This document shows positions 9,990 through 20,298 of a stretch of DNA of 64,000 nucleotides, in pieces. The translations under genes were made by a program, and so were the position numbers. The stretch comes from Candidatus Altimarinota bacterium (GTDB taxonomy: Bacteria > Patescibacteriota > Gracilibacteria > UBA1369 > GCA-2718715), in assembly GCA_041242255.1 (NCBI GenBank), contig JBESAV010000001.1:96001-160000 (forward strand), read 5' to 3'. Position 1 is the first letter of the stretch. Every line of letters begins with the position of its first letter. The notes under the pieces are model-generated. The model saw nothing but the letters and a program-made list of their open reading frames with translations. It was not told where the DNA came from and did no database searches.

Positions 9990-11762
9990 TTACATCACCC
10001 CCTCCAACTCCTCAAATTTCCGGTCAATCTCATCACCCATCTCTTTCACCTTCACCCCAAGCCTCTCTATCTCCTCCACATCCTGATCGGCACAAGCTTT
10101 CGCAAGTTCATCCTCTAGCCGACCCTTCCTTTTCTCAAGTTTATCAATTTCCAACATAATCCTCCTTTGATCTTTCTTTCGAGCTTTCTCCAGTTCAAAC
10201 AATTCCCTCTTACTCAACCCTTCCTCTTCCACCTCTTCTTCCCCAACCTCTTCAATCTCTCCAAGACCCTCGATCAGCTCTCCAGACCACCCGCCTTTCT
10301 CTAAAAACAAATCATAACTACCCTCAAAAACCTCAGCCCCATTCCTATATTGTCTATCAAAAACAACCATCCTATTCACCAACTCTCCAAGCATAGTCTC
10401 ATCATGCGTCACCACAACCACTACACCATCAAAATTCTGCAAGGCCTTACTCAACTCAATACAAGACTCCATATCCAAGTGATTCGTCGGCTCGTCCAAA
10501 AATAGTAAATTACACTTCTGAAGCATAACTTTTGCCATACAAACCCTACTTTTCTCTCCACCAGATAAAACCCTTATCTTCTTATAAACATCATCTCCAC
10601 TAAAAAGCAAAGCCCCACAAACCCTCCGCACCTCTTGCTCAACCACTCCTGGAATATCATGTAACTCCTTCAAAATCGTATTCTCAAAATTCAGACTTTC
10701 AAAAGATTTATTCCCAAAATACCCCATCTTCACACCCTCACTCTTGAATATCTCCCCATCATCAGCCTTCAAAAATCCAGCCATAAGATTCAGCAAAGTC
10801 GACTTCCCCGCTCCATTCCGACCGACAATCCCAATTTTATCACCTAAAACTACATTTAAATTCAAATTCTTAAAAAGCTTATCCTCATACCCAAAACCTA
10901 TACCTTCAAGGTCAAAAATAAAATTCCCATCAATCTCCTCTAAATCAAACCTAAACCTAACATCAGCAATTTTTTTCATTTTCTCTCCAAGATCTTGCTT
11001 TTCCAAAGACTTTATCCTCGACTGAACCAAACCAGCCGACCGAGCTCCAGCCCTAAACTTCCTTATGAACTCCTCAGTTTTCTCCCTCTTTTTCAACATA
11101 TTCTGCCGAGTCCTCTCATAAATCTCCTCATCCATCTTAACTCTCTCCAAAAGCTTCAAAGGACCACCTTCAAGCTTCTTCAACTCCCCTCTCCTGATAA
11201 GCATAGTATGACTCACAACCTTCTCCATAAAAGTACGATCATGAGTAACCAAGACAAATGCCCCTTTCCAATCTTTCAAAAACTCTTCCAACCATTTTAA
11301 AGAAACAATATCCAAATAATTCGTCGGCTCATCCAAAATCAACAAATCCGCCTGACTCACCAAAACCTCAGCCAACCTCAATCTAACCTTATACCCACTC
11401 GACAAAAGGTTTGGATCCATCTCTTTCTGATCAGGCGAAAACCCCAATCCATCCAGTATAGTATGAACCTTCCAAGTATGCCCTTTCTCTATTAAATTCA
11501 AAGACTTTTCGCATTGCTCTAGAGCATTTTCACTCGAAAACTCCAAATTCTGCTCCAAAGACTTAATTATGTAGTTGTCAGGATACTCAACTTTTCCTTC
11601 ATCATACTTCTCTCTACCCAGAATAAGATTCAACAAAGTAGACTTCCCCACCCCATTTCTACCAATCAAACCAACTTTCTCATTTTTACCTACAACAAAA
11701 TCAATACTTTCAAACAAAACTCTCCCTCGATATGACTTTTTCAATCCTGAAACCTTTAACAC
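9990..11762 (-). CDS. ABC-F family ATPase
   Basis: Two Walker A motifs (GRNGxGKS), two LDEPTN, C-terminal coiled coil, no TM. Confidence 0.93.
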   Translation of the reverse strand: MLKVSGLKKSYRGRVLFESIDFVVGKNEKVGLIGRNGVGKSTLLNLILGREKYDEGKVEYPDNYIIKSLEQNLEFSSENALEQCEKSLNLIEKGHTWKVHTILDGLGFSPDQKEMDPNLLSSGYKVRLRLAEVLVSQADLLILDEPTNYLDIVSLKWLEEFLKDWKGAFVLVTHDRTFMEKVVSHTMLIRRGELKKLEGGPLKLLERVKMDEEIYERTRQNMLKKREKTEEFIRKFRAGARSAGLVQSRIKSLEKQDLGEKMKKIADVRFRFDLEEIDGNFIFDLEGIGFGYEDKLFKNLNLNVVLGDKIGIVGRNGAGKSTLLNLMAGFLKADDGEIFKSEGVKMGYFGNKSFESLNFENTILKELHDIPGVVEQEVRRVCGALLFSGDDVYKKIRVLSGGEKSRVCMAKVMLQKCNLLFLDEPTNHLDMESCIELSKALQNFDGVVVVVTHDETMLGELVNRMVVFDRQYRNGAEVFEGSYDLFLEKGGWSGELIEGLGEIEEVGEEEVEEEGLSKRELFELEKARKKDQRRIMLEIDKLEKRKGRLEDELAKACADQDVEEIERLGVKVKEMGDEIDRKFEELEGVM

Positions 11763-11869
11763 TTGTAATTTTAGATGACAAAATTATAAACCTATTCACC
11801 ACTATTTCCAGCCTAAATGTGTGAACTTAAAGCCAAAAAAAACTAATATACAACAAATAAACCATACAA

Positions 11870-13408
11870 ATGAAAAAGCTATTCCTCAAAAAACAACTCC
11901 AATACATTCTAGTTCTAGCCGCTCTTCCACTTTTGTTTCTCGCACCAAATATGACCCGATTCAGTGGATCAAGCACAATTCACACAGACCTAGAAATAAT
12001 TTCTTCCTTACTTGGATTCTTTATTGGTACACTCGCCCTCATAAGATATTACAGTAAAAAAGACCTCATTTTTCTTTTCGTTGGAAGCGCGTTTCTAGGA
12101 GTTGCAACTTTAGACACATACCACACCATAATGACATCAGGGTATATAGCTCAACTAGAATTCTTTGATCAAGAAGACGTACTTCCTTGGAGCTGGTTTG
12201 CTTCTAGACTGCTTCTATCAGTTATGCTGTACAGTGCCTACAAATACATTGAAAGTAAAAGAAAAGATATATCTGAAAAAAATATTCTTACAACAGTAGC
12301 CCTTTTCACGCTCATATGTTTCACAAGCTTTACTTTTTTACCTTTACCACCAGCATACTTTGACTTAAGCATTGGTAGACCTGAAGAACTCATCCCAGCC
12401 TTTTTCTTCCTTCTAGCGAGTATAGGTTTTTACAGACTCAAAAACTGGCAATATAGTACCTTCCACCATTTCTTAATACTTGGACTCATCACAAGTCTTG
12501 TTTCTCAATCAGTTTTCATGGCAACTTCACAACAACTTTATGATTACCCTTTCCAAGTAGCTCATCTTTTCAAAATATTTAGTTATCTCTTTATCCTCAC
12601 TGGCTTACTTATAAACACATTTAGCCTCTTCACTATAGGAGAATCAAACCGAATCTCCTCTGAAAGAAGTCAAAAAGACAACATTAACAAAGGTAATAAA
12701 ATCAAACACCTAAAAGAAGAATTCATTTTCATAGCCGCACACGAGATTAAAGGACCAGTCACAGCAATCCAATGGAACTTAGACACACTCAAAGAAAACC
12801 TAATCAAAGACAAATCAAGACCAGACAACCTAAAACTCATCAAAGAAATAGAAAGCTCCAATTCAAACTTAATAAATCTAGTCAACAACCTACTAAACAT
12901 CACCAACCTTGAATTTCAAAAGCTCAACATGAAACTCGAACCACAAGAAACACATAAACTCATAAAAGAAGCCATCAAAAGAAACCAACACCATCAAGAC
13001 AACTACAAAGTAAATGTAATAAACCTAACCAACATCAAAACACCATCAGTACTTGCCGACCAACATAAACTTAAAGATATTCTATACAATGTCATTGGTA
13101 ACGGTATCAAGTACAACAAAAAGAATGGTGAACTTCTCATAAGTGCTGAACAAGACGGTGACTTCCTTCATTTATTCTTCAAAGACACTGGAATGGGTAT
13201 TGCAGAAAATGAATTAGAAAAAATTTTCCAAAAGTTCTATCGATCAGAAAGAGCCAAAGAAAAGAAAGTTAAAGGAACAGGCCTTGGACTCTTCATATCA
13301 CAAAAAATCATAGAAAAAATGAATGGTAGCATGTGGGCCGAAAGCGAAGGACCAAACAAAGGATCTACCATTCATATAAAACTACCTTTAGCAAAAACTA
13401 GCGAGTAA
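11870..13408 (+). CDS. sensor histidine kinase with MASE3-like membrane domain
   Basis: ~7 TM N-terminus; H-box AHEIKGP, N-box NGIKY, DTGMGI, GTGLGL. Confidence 0.9.
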   Translation: MKKLFLKKQLQYILVLAALPLLFLAPNMTRFSGSSTIHTDLEIISSLLGFFIGTLALIRYYSKKDLIFLFVGSAFLGVATLDTYHTIMTSGYIAQLEFFDQEDVLPWSWFASRLLLSVMLYSAYKYIESKRKDISEKNILTTVALFTLICFTSFTFLPLPPAYFDLSIGRPEELIPAFFFLLASIGFYRLKNWQYSTFHHFLILGLITSLVSQSVFMATSQQLYDYPFQVAHLFKIFSYLFILTGLLINTFSLFTIGESNRISSERSQKDNINKGNKIKHLKEEFIFIAAHEIKGPVTAIQWNLDTLKENLIKDKSRPDNLKLIKEIESSNSNLINLVNNLLNITNLEFQKLNMKLEPQETHKLIKEAIKRNQHHQDNYKVNVINLTNIKTPSVLADQHKLKDILYNVIGNGIKYNKKNGELLISAEQDGDFLHLFFKDTGMGIAENELEKIFQKFYRSERAKEKKVKGTGLGLFISQKIIEKMNGSMWAESEGPNKGSTIHIKLPLAKTSE

Positions 13409-13844
13409 CACTTATATCTGCAAAAAGTTGAGCATTCGGAGCCTCTACAGTAACTCTATCATCACTATCTATTGAGATATTATATTGAAGGTTATAATCA
13501 TTACATGAAGTAAAGTATGCATCAGGGTCACTACTATCAAACGGCAAGGCCGCAATAAAATCTGGAACCAAATCATCACAAATATCTACATCATTAGAAG
13601 TAACTCCCATATTTTTTGGGATAGTATTGAAATTAGACTCCTCAGATACAGGAATTGCACCTTCGTTCTCAATTATATACTCACTCACAGCATTCAAAAT
13701 ACTATTCACATGAGCGCTTCTGCGAGTGTTATTTGTAAGTGCAACTTGTCTAGCTGGATTGATAGCAACCAATACAATAGTAGTAAGAATAGCAATAATA
13801 ATCACAACCAAAAGCATTTCCACCAAGGTAAAACCCTTTTTCAT
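13398..13844 (-). CDS. type IV major pilin-like protein (paralog 2)
   Basis: KKG|FTLVE class III signal; Cys pair; near-colinear with 13968..14414. Confidence 0.9.
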   Translation of the reverse strand: MKKGFTLVEMLLVVIIIAILTTIVLVAINPARQVALTNNTRRSAHVNSILNAVSEYIIENEGAIPVSEESNFNTIPKNMGVTSNDVDICDDLVPDFIAALPFDSSDPDAYFTSCNDYNLQYNISIDSDDRVTVEAPNAQLFADISVTR

Positions 13845-13920
13845 AATGAATAAATTAAATTTAACAAAAAAATCATATCAAAATAGCCTCTCAAACACAC
13901 CAATTCAACTTGCCAAAACA

Positions 13921-13948
13921 AAAAGGCTCCATCTTAAAATGAAGCCTT
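13921..13948 (-). terminator. intrinsic terminator between the two pilin genes
   Basis: AAGGCUUCAU/AUGGAGCCUU stem plus U tract on the minus strand. Confidence 0.6.
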
Positions 13949-13967
13949 CCAAAATATCCAATAAGTA

Positions 13968-14414
13968 CTATCGACTTACAGAAATAGTCTCACTAAGTTG
14001 CGCATTTGGAGCAGAAACAGTCACACGACCATTCGCATCAACTGCAACATTATACTGTAAATCATAGTCAGTACAGTCCGTATAAGCCGCACCAGTTGCA
14101 GAAGGATCGAAAGGTAAAGCCGCAAGATAAGTTGGTACTAAATCAGTACAAATCTCAACATCAGTAGCCGCAGAACCCATATTTGTTGCAGTAGTACTCA
14201 ACGCTACCTCAGTAGAAGTAGGTAAGTTACCTCCATTATCCACAGAGTACTCACTTATTGCATTCAAGATAGTAGTCACATCAGCTCTTCTTTGAGTGTT
14301 GTTAGCTTGTGCAACCTGTCTAGCTGGATTAATAGCAACTAAAACAATCGCAGTAAGTACCGCAATAATCACAATCACCAATAAAACCTCAACTAAAGTA
14401 AAACCTTTTTTCAT
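13968..14414 (-). CDS. type IV major pilin-like protein (paralog 1)
   Basis: KKG|FTLVE class III signal; AINPARQ; Cys pair. Confidence 0.9.
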   Translation of the reverse strand: MKKGFTLVEVLLVIVIIAVLTAIVLVAINPARQVAQANNTQRRADVTTILNAISEYSVDNGGNLPTSTEVALSTTATNMGSAATDVEICTDLVPTYLAALPFDPSATGAAYTDCTDYDLQYNVAVDANGRVTVSAPNAQLSETISVSR

Positions 14415-14480
14415 ATTTAATTGTTATTTATAAAAACCGCCACAATAGTATCAAAATACACTTAAATCCAAAGCCAAGAG

Positions 14481-14870
14481 CTAATTTACTTCTTGCCAAG
14501 AACTTACATTTATAGTTGGCGTAACCTGATCCACCTGAATATCTAACCTAGAGTAGTACTCATTCACATGTGCCTCTACATCAATATCCCTTCCTAATCC
14601 ATCAATACTAACAGTATACTGACAAGTCCCATCTCCAATATTCTCAACCGTCGTTCCGGTGTACAAAACACTATCTTTTATCTCTTGCAGGGCTAATTCT
14701 CCACAAGCATTAGCTAAGCTTCTAGACTTGGCAGAGAAAATCAACGCATCATTATTCTGAACTGACATGATTCCCATGGTCATAGTTGCCAAAGCAATCA
14801 CCCCACCAACAACTGTAAAGACCAACACACTGATCAACATCACATAACCTCTTTTATTTTTCATAATCAA
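14481..14870 (-). CDS. PilX/K-like minor pilin
   Basis: KRG|YVMLI (no Glu5) followed by a hydrophobic helix, within the pilin operon. Confidence 0.75.
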   Translation of the reverse strand: MIMKNKRGYVMLISVLVFTVVGGVIALATMTMGIMSVQNNDALIFSAKSRSLANACGELALQEIKDSVLYTGTTVENIGDGTCQYTVSIDGLGRDIDVEAHVNEYYSRLDIQVDQVTPTINVSSWQEVN

Positions 14871-15373
14871 CTTTTCTTAATTACTGCTGTCATATAGAAA
14901 TCCTGCACATAGTCAAAACTAGCTCTGCCAGATTGATTATCATACTCTAAAGTAAATTCTACCCTAACAGCACCAGGAGTATCAGCTTTAGTTACATTTC
15001 TAAAATTCAAACTTGTAACATTAACCCTATCATTCAGAAGCTGAACTACAGCACTAGCCCCACGAGTAACCTCTACATTTGTCCCACTTAAGCTTACAAT
15101 TGTAGGGTCATCTACTCCACTTAAAACATCTAAACTAAGGCTTGTTCCAGAAGAACCAACCCCAGGGGAATTAATCCCATCTGCATTTCTAATTTCTCTT
15201 CCCAAAAAACCAGTCAAAAAACGAGCCTGCTCTTCAACTTCCAAAATTATCTGATTCTGAAGCCTTGCCTCTAAAACATAAGGAACTACACCACCAATAC
15301 CAACCAAAATAATTGATGTCAAAGTCACATAAAGAATCAATTCTATAAGTGTAAAAGCTTTTTTATTCATCAT
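14867..15373 (-). CDS. minor pilin (PilW/J-like)
   Basis: KKA|FTLIE; REIRNA. Confidence 0.85.
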   Translation of the reverse strand: MMNKKAFTLIELILYVTLTSIILVGIGGVVPYVLEARLQNQIILEVEEQARFLTGFLGREIRNADGINSPGVGSSGTSLSLDVLSGVDDPTIVSLSGTNVEVTRGASAVVQLLNDRVNVTSLNFRNVTKADTPGAVRVEFTLEYDNQSGRASFDYVQDFYMTAVIKKS

Positions 15374-16758
15374 GATGGCTGAAGGATTATTAATTCTAAA
15401 GAGTTATCCTCAGTAATCGCATAAAACCTATCCGTAGTCGGATCGTAGTATACACCATTTACATCACTAGACGCATCATATGTTCCTAAGATTGAAGGAC
15501 TAGATAAGTTACTAATATCAAGAATATATAACTCAGAGTCATTTTGATCAGTTCCTACAAACAAGTAAGTATTATTATTTCCTGCATCCATATCATTAAT
15601 ATCATCTCCGATATTTATAACACTCAAAAGAATAGGGTTATTAAAATCACTATAATCACTAATCCAAACATCTCCATCAGCTCTACCAACAATCACAATA
15701 TTATCAAAAACTTCAACTACATGCCCATCCTCGTTACCCGTGTAGTTGTACTCATCAACCTCACTTATGTTACTAGGGTCAGTAACATCCAAAATAGTAA
15801 GCTCAGCCGAATTAGAATTAGACGTAATGTAAGCATATCCAACTAAAACCTCTACATCATCAGAGCTACCACTCAAATTAAAAGCATCAAGCTCAGTGAT
15901 ATTTGTGGGGTCAGATATATCCACCGCTACAAACTGATCAGATCCACCATCTCTAACAACATAAAGCACATCTCCAACTAAATCTAAAGCTACTGCATTG
16001 TCATTCCCTGATAAATTTAATGAGTCCACCAATATAGGTAAAAGCGGATTAGATATATTGTAGACAGCAACCTCTGCATTATTGGTACTTGAAGCAATAT
16101 ACGCATAATTACCTGAAACTCTAATATCGCGTAAACTACCACTAACTGCAGTATTAGAAACAATCAGAGGAACAGAAGTAGTACTTACATCAACTATCAC
16201 AAAATCAGGACTACCATTTTGCCTAACTATATATGCATAACCACCAGAGACTTGGATCTTCCATCCACTTCCTGACCCAGCAAGATTAAGGTTCGATTCA
16301 ACCAAAGGATTTGACCAATCTCCAACTAAAGACTCTACCATCCAATTCGTAAGAACCGTAAACAACTGTACCTCACCATTTCTTTGTAAATTCTGACTCC
16401 AGGTAACAGTTGAGGTTGCTTCAAAAGTACTTCCATTCAACTGAAGTAAGCTTATTTCTCTCTGAAACCCATCTGTTGTATCACTAGAACCTAAGAAAAC
16501 CCACTCACCAGTCGTTTCATCTAAACCATAAGTTCCATCTACCAATGAAGCAAAATCATTATCTCTTATGTTCCTTAAGGCTTCTAAACCTTCTTCAGCT
16601 AAAAGAGTAGCTCTTATACGCTGCCCAGATAAGGAAATACTTTCAAGACCATAAAACAATGAAGTCGAAATACTAAAAACAACAATGGAAAAAACAGTCA
16701 TAGCCAAAATCAACTCTACCAAACTTGCTCCTGATCTATGTACTATTTTCTTATACAT
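15370..16758 (-). CDS. minor pilin with LVIVD-repeat beta-propeller
   Basis: SG|ASLVE prepilin, AEEGLEALR; repeats VSGxYAY...IVDVS/ILDISN-P. Confidence 0.85.
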   Translation of the reverse strand: MYKKIVHRSGASLVELILAMTVFSIVVFSISTSLFYGLESISLSGQRIRATLLAEEGLEALRNIRDNDFASLVDGTYGLDETTGEWVFLGSSDTTDGFQREISLLQLNGSTFEATSTVTWSQNLQRNGEVQLFTVLTNWMVESLVGDWSNPLVESNLNLAGSGSGWKIQVSGGYAYIVRQNGSPDFVIVDVSTTSVPLIVSNTAVSGSLRDIRVSGNYAYIASSTNNAEVAVYNISNPLLPILVDSLNLSGNDNAVALDLVGDVLYVVRDGGSDQFVAVDISDPTNITELDAFNLSGSSDDVEVLVGYAYITSNSNSAELTILDVTDPSNISEVDEYNYTGNEDGHVVEVFDNIVIVGRADGDVWISDYSDFNNPILLSVINIGDDINDMDAGNNNTYLFVGTDQNDSELYILDISNLSSPSILGTYDASSDVNGVYYDPTTDRFYAITEDNSLELIILQPS

Positions 16759-16759
16759 A

Positions 16760-17191
16760 TTAATATATTACTGCTCCTTCAGAATTCAAACTGATAGTCT
16801 CACTACCGAAAGTATTGGCTAAGTTTATTGTTCCTGTCACATCAGGCTCACCAGATAATTCTGAAAAAACAACCTCAGTCAAACCTGAAACATTTATTTG
16901 TTCATTAAACATATATTCCTCATCCAGACTAACATCACGAGTCACATAATCAGAACCAGCAAACACCACAACTTTATCGGTATCTATATATACTCCCCAA
17001 GCTGAATCCTCTGACTTACTTTCAGCAAGTAACTGAGCTCTTCTTAAGCTATGAGCAACCTTATCAACTGATTCATTCAATTCAGTTGAGCCAACCAAAG
17101 AACTAAATACTGGCACAGAAAAAGCAGTAATAACCGATATCAAAACAACCACCAAAAGTATCTCTATAAGAGTAAAACCTTTTTTAATCAT
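16760..17191 (-). CDS. minor pilin (FimT/GspH-like)
   Basis: KKG|FTLIE; LRRAQ. Confidence 0.85.
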   Translation of the reverse strand: MIKKGFTLIEILLVVVLISVITAFSVPVFSSLVGSTELNESVDKVAHSLRRAQLLAESKSEDSAWGVYIDTDKVVVFAGSDYVTRDVSLDEEYMFNEQINVSGLTEVVFSELSGEPDVTGTINLANTFGSETISLNSEGAVIY

Positions 17192-18641
17192 CTAGTTCAG
17201 TTATATAAACTCCATACACCCATGCCTCCTCCACACCTTGAACAACAATCTTATACCAACCGTCAACCTCTTCAATCCCTTCAACAATACTACCAGGCTC
17301 TACTTCTGCCACAATTGGGTTATTTGTACTAGGGCCTGACCTGACATTTAAGTTAATATCTAAAGACTCATCAACTAAAAGACTATAAGCATACTCACCA
17401 TTCACTTCAATTTCAGGCTCAACCACCGTATCAATATCTTGTTCAGGAGGTGCACCATTCAATTCCTCTGCCTCTAGCTCTGATACAATTTCTTGTTCTC
17501 CACCAGCAACTGAATATTCATTCTGACCAAAATTTCCAATCAAACTATAAATAGGAATAATAATCGACATTGCTATACCAGCCACACCTATCCAAACCGT
17601 AAATAAAAGTAAAGGCTCCAGCAAAGTAATCAAAGCCTTAGTAGTATTATCAGTCTTTCTTTCAAATATCTCTCCAATCCTATCAAAACTCAAACTCAAA
17701 CTAGCTGACTGCTCACCTGCCTCAATAATCTGCTGTACAGGTGCAGGCACTAGTCGATCAATTTTATTATACTCGTTAAACGTCTGCACAAATGTTTTAC
17801 CATTATGAATCTGATGAGAGATAAACTTGTACAATTTTTTATAAACCCTAATCTCCGTTAAATTCTGTAAGGAACTTACAGCCCTATCAACTGGTATACC
17901 AGCTTTCAAAAGAGTTCCCAAATTAAAACCAAGCCTTGCTAACTCTATCTGTTTAATCAATCTACCAATTACAGGCATCCTCAGTAAAAAGAACTGACCA
18001 ATAAATTTAGTAGGCTTAAAGAAAAACATAAAGTAAAACATAAATAACCCACCAAAAACCATTGAAGGTATAAATATCAAACCATATTCATCAAGAAAAC
18101 CTCCGAACTGTATTATCTTTTGAGTAATCCATGGTAGTTCTATGTTTAACTGAGCAAAAACTCTAGTTACTCTTGGCAATACAAAACCAAAAATAGCAAT
18201 ACCAGCCAAAGCACCAATACATAGTACAAAAATTGGATACACCATAGCTGAAATAATCTTTCCTTTAACTGCTCTTTCTTTAACTCTCTGTTCTACTACA
18301 AGCTGAAGATTATGAAGTAACTTTCCTGAACTTTCTCCTGATTCAATCAGCTCAATCGTATAATCCTTAAAAACACGAGTCTTTTTCATAGCCTGAGATA
18401 AACTCATACCAGCATTAACTCCATCAGCAATCTCATCAATTACCTTTCTAAAAGTTTTATTATTAGTCTCTTTTGCAATCGACTTCAGAACCTTAGTCAG
18501 TGCAACATTTACAGATAGCATCAATGTCAAATTCTCCAAAAAACTTTCTATATCATCACTACCAATAAAAATAACTCTCCAGAAACTTCTTGAGTAATTT
18601 TCCTCCTTCCTTGACTCTTTTCGAACAATTTTCTTACTCAT
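17184..18641 (-). CDS. pilC: type IV pilus platform protein PilC/GspF with C-terminal SH3b domain
   Basis: GESSGKL, AMVYP, AGEQSASL, LEPLL; tail LNVRSGPS...GWYKI...AWV. Confidence 0.9.
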   Translation of the reverse strand: MSKKIVRKESRKEENYSRSFWRVIFIGSDDIESFLENLTLMLSVNVALTKVLKSIAKETNNKTFRKVIDEIADGVNAGMSLSQAMKKTRVFKDYTIELIESGESSGKLLHNLQLVVEQRVKERAVKGKIISAMVYPIFVLCIGALAGIAIFGFVLPRVTRVFAQLNIELPWITQKIIQFGGFLDEYGLIFIPSMVFGGLFMFYFMFFFKPTKFIGQFFLLRMPVIGRLIKQIELARLGFNLGTLLKAGIPVDRAVSSLQNLTEIRVYKKLYKFISHQIHNGKTFVQTFNEYNKIDRLVPAPVQQIIEAGEQSASLSLSFDRIGEIFERKTDNTTKALITLLEPLLLFTVWIGVAGIAMSIIIPIYSLIGNFGQNEYSVAGGEQEIVSELEAEELNGAPPEQDIDTVVEPEIEVNGEYAYSLLVDESLDINLNVRSGPSTNNPIVAEVEPGSIVEGIEEVDGWYKIVVQGVEEAWVYGVYITELDD

Positions 18642-20298
18642 ACTTTGGTGGTTCAGTTACTCTTAAAATTTCTTCAATTGTAGTTATTCCAGATTTTGCT
18701 TTTTCAATTCCATCTTCAAACATACTTCGTGCTCCCTGCTTTCTAGCCAACTTCCATATATCCGAAGTGGATGGATTATCCAAAATAAGTTCAGTTATCT
18801 CTGGCGTAATTTCAATAAACTCAAATATTGCAGTCCTACCATCATACCCAGTATGATCGCATGCCTCACAACCTTTACCTTTAAACAAAGTCACAGAACT
18901 TCCGTCAAAAAACTTCTTCATGTCGTGATTATGCTTATCTTTCAATTCTTTAATCTTCACACTATCACTAACCTTACAAACATTACATATCTTTCTAACC
19001 AATCTCTGACCAACCACAACTTCCAAAATAGACGCTAACAGAAAAGGTTCAACTCCCATATCTACCATACGTGGTATAGAGGTAGCTGCATCATTTGCAT
19101 GGAAAGTAGAAAGCAAAAGATGCCCCGTCATAGCAGCATTAATACCTATCTCAGCAGTTTCTTTATCACGTATCTCCCCTACCAAAATAATATCCGGATC
19201 CTGACGCACAATCGATCTTAAACCTTGAGCAAACGTCAAATCAGTTTGCTTGTTTACCTGAATCTGATTAATCCCAACCACCTTATACTCAACTGGATCT
19301 TCAATCGTAGTAATGTTTACCTCTGGTTTATTCAAAACCCTAATCACCGAATAAAGTGTAGTAGTCTTACCAGAACCAGTAGGCCCGGTTACAATAATCA
19401 TTCCAAAGGGCTTCTTCGAAGCCCTCTCCAGTAAATCTTTATTATAATCACTTAACCCAAGATTATCCATACTCAGGTTCTCTACATAGGCTGTCAACAA
19501 ACGTATTACTACTTTTTCCCCATCCAAAGTGGGAACAATAGAAATACGCATATCCACATCCAAATTATCTTTACTGTAATGCAATGCACCATCTTGCGAT
19601 GAAAAATGTTCATCAATCCTCATTCCAGATAAAACCTTGATCCTATTCAAAACATTTGAAAAATGACCTTGTTCAAGATCTAAAACTTTATTCAAAACTC
19701 CATCTATCCTAAAACGCACAAACACCTTCTCAGGTGTAGGCTCAAAATGAACATCAGAAGCATTCATTTTTAAAGCTTCATCAAAGATTATATCTAAAAG
19801 TCTAGGTGCAATATCATAGTCCTCTTCAATCACCTCTTTCACCTGCTCTTTTATAGAGGGACGATAATATAAAAGAACCTTATCAATTTCTGATGGCAAC
19901 GAGTAACCTACCTCAATTTTCTTACCTTTAAATGTAGTTTTTAAATCCTTTTGAATCTTCTTAGCATCTGGGTCATCACTAGTTACTAAAACTTTCTTAT
20001 CACTTTTTTCAACAAGCACAACTCTTCCATCTACAGCCTTACCCTTAGGTATCTCTTTAACAGTTTCTACAGCAGGCCTACGTATATCTAAATCCACATA
20101 TTCAACCTTATAATACTCAGCCATAGCCTGCCCAAGTACATCATCATTTAAGATATCGATATCATACAAAACCTTCAATAAACTATTTTGCGAAGACTCA
20201 GCAATCTTAGTTGCTTCCGCAAGATCATCTTCAGAGATATAACTCTCCTTCAACAATAGTTTACCTAACTCTTTGTCATCCTTAAGAATCTTTCCCAT
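18634..20298 (-). CDS. pilB: type IV pilus assembly ATPase PilB/GspE
   Basis: ASDVHFEP, GPTGSGKT, TIEDPVE, RQDPD, GEIRD, TGHL, CxxC pairs. Confidence 0.95.
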   Translation of the reverse strand: MGKILKDDKELGKLLLKESYISEDDLAEATKIAESSQNSLLKVLYDIDILNDDVLGQAMAEYYKVEYVDLDIRRPAVETVKEIPKGKAVDGRVVLVEKSDKKVLVTSDDPDAKKIQKDLKTTFKGKKIEVGYSLPSEIDKVLLYYRPSIKEQVKEVIEEDYDIAPRLLDIIFDEALKMNASDVHFEPTPEKVFVRFRIDGVLNKVLDLEQGHFSNVLNRIKVLSGMRIDEHFSSQDGALHYSKDNLDVDMRISIVPTLDGEKVVIRLLTAYVENLSMDNLGLSDYNKDLLERASKKPFGMIIVTGPTGSGKTTTLYSVIRVLNKPEVNITTIEDPVEYKVVGINQIQVNKQTDLTFAQGLRSIVRQDPDIILVGEIRDKETAEIGINAAMTGHLLLSTFHANDAATSIPRMVDMGVEPFLLASILEVVVGQRLVRKICNVCKVSDSVKIKELKDKHNHDMKKFFDGSSVTLFKGKGCEACDHTGYDGRTAIFEFIEITPEITELILDNPSTSDIWKLARKQGARSMFEDGIEKAKSGITTIEEILRVTEPPKYE

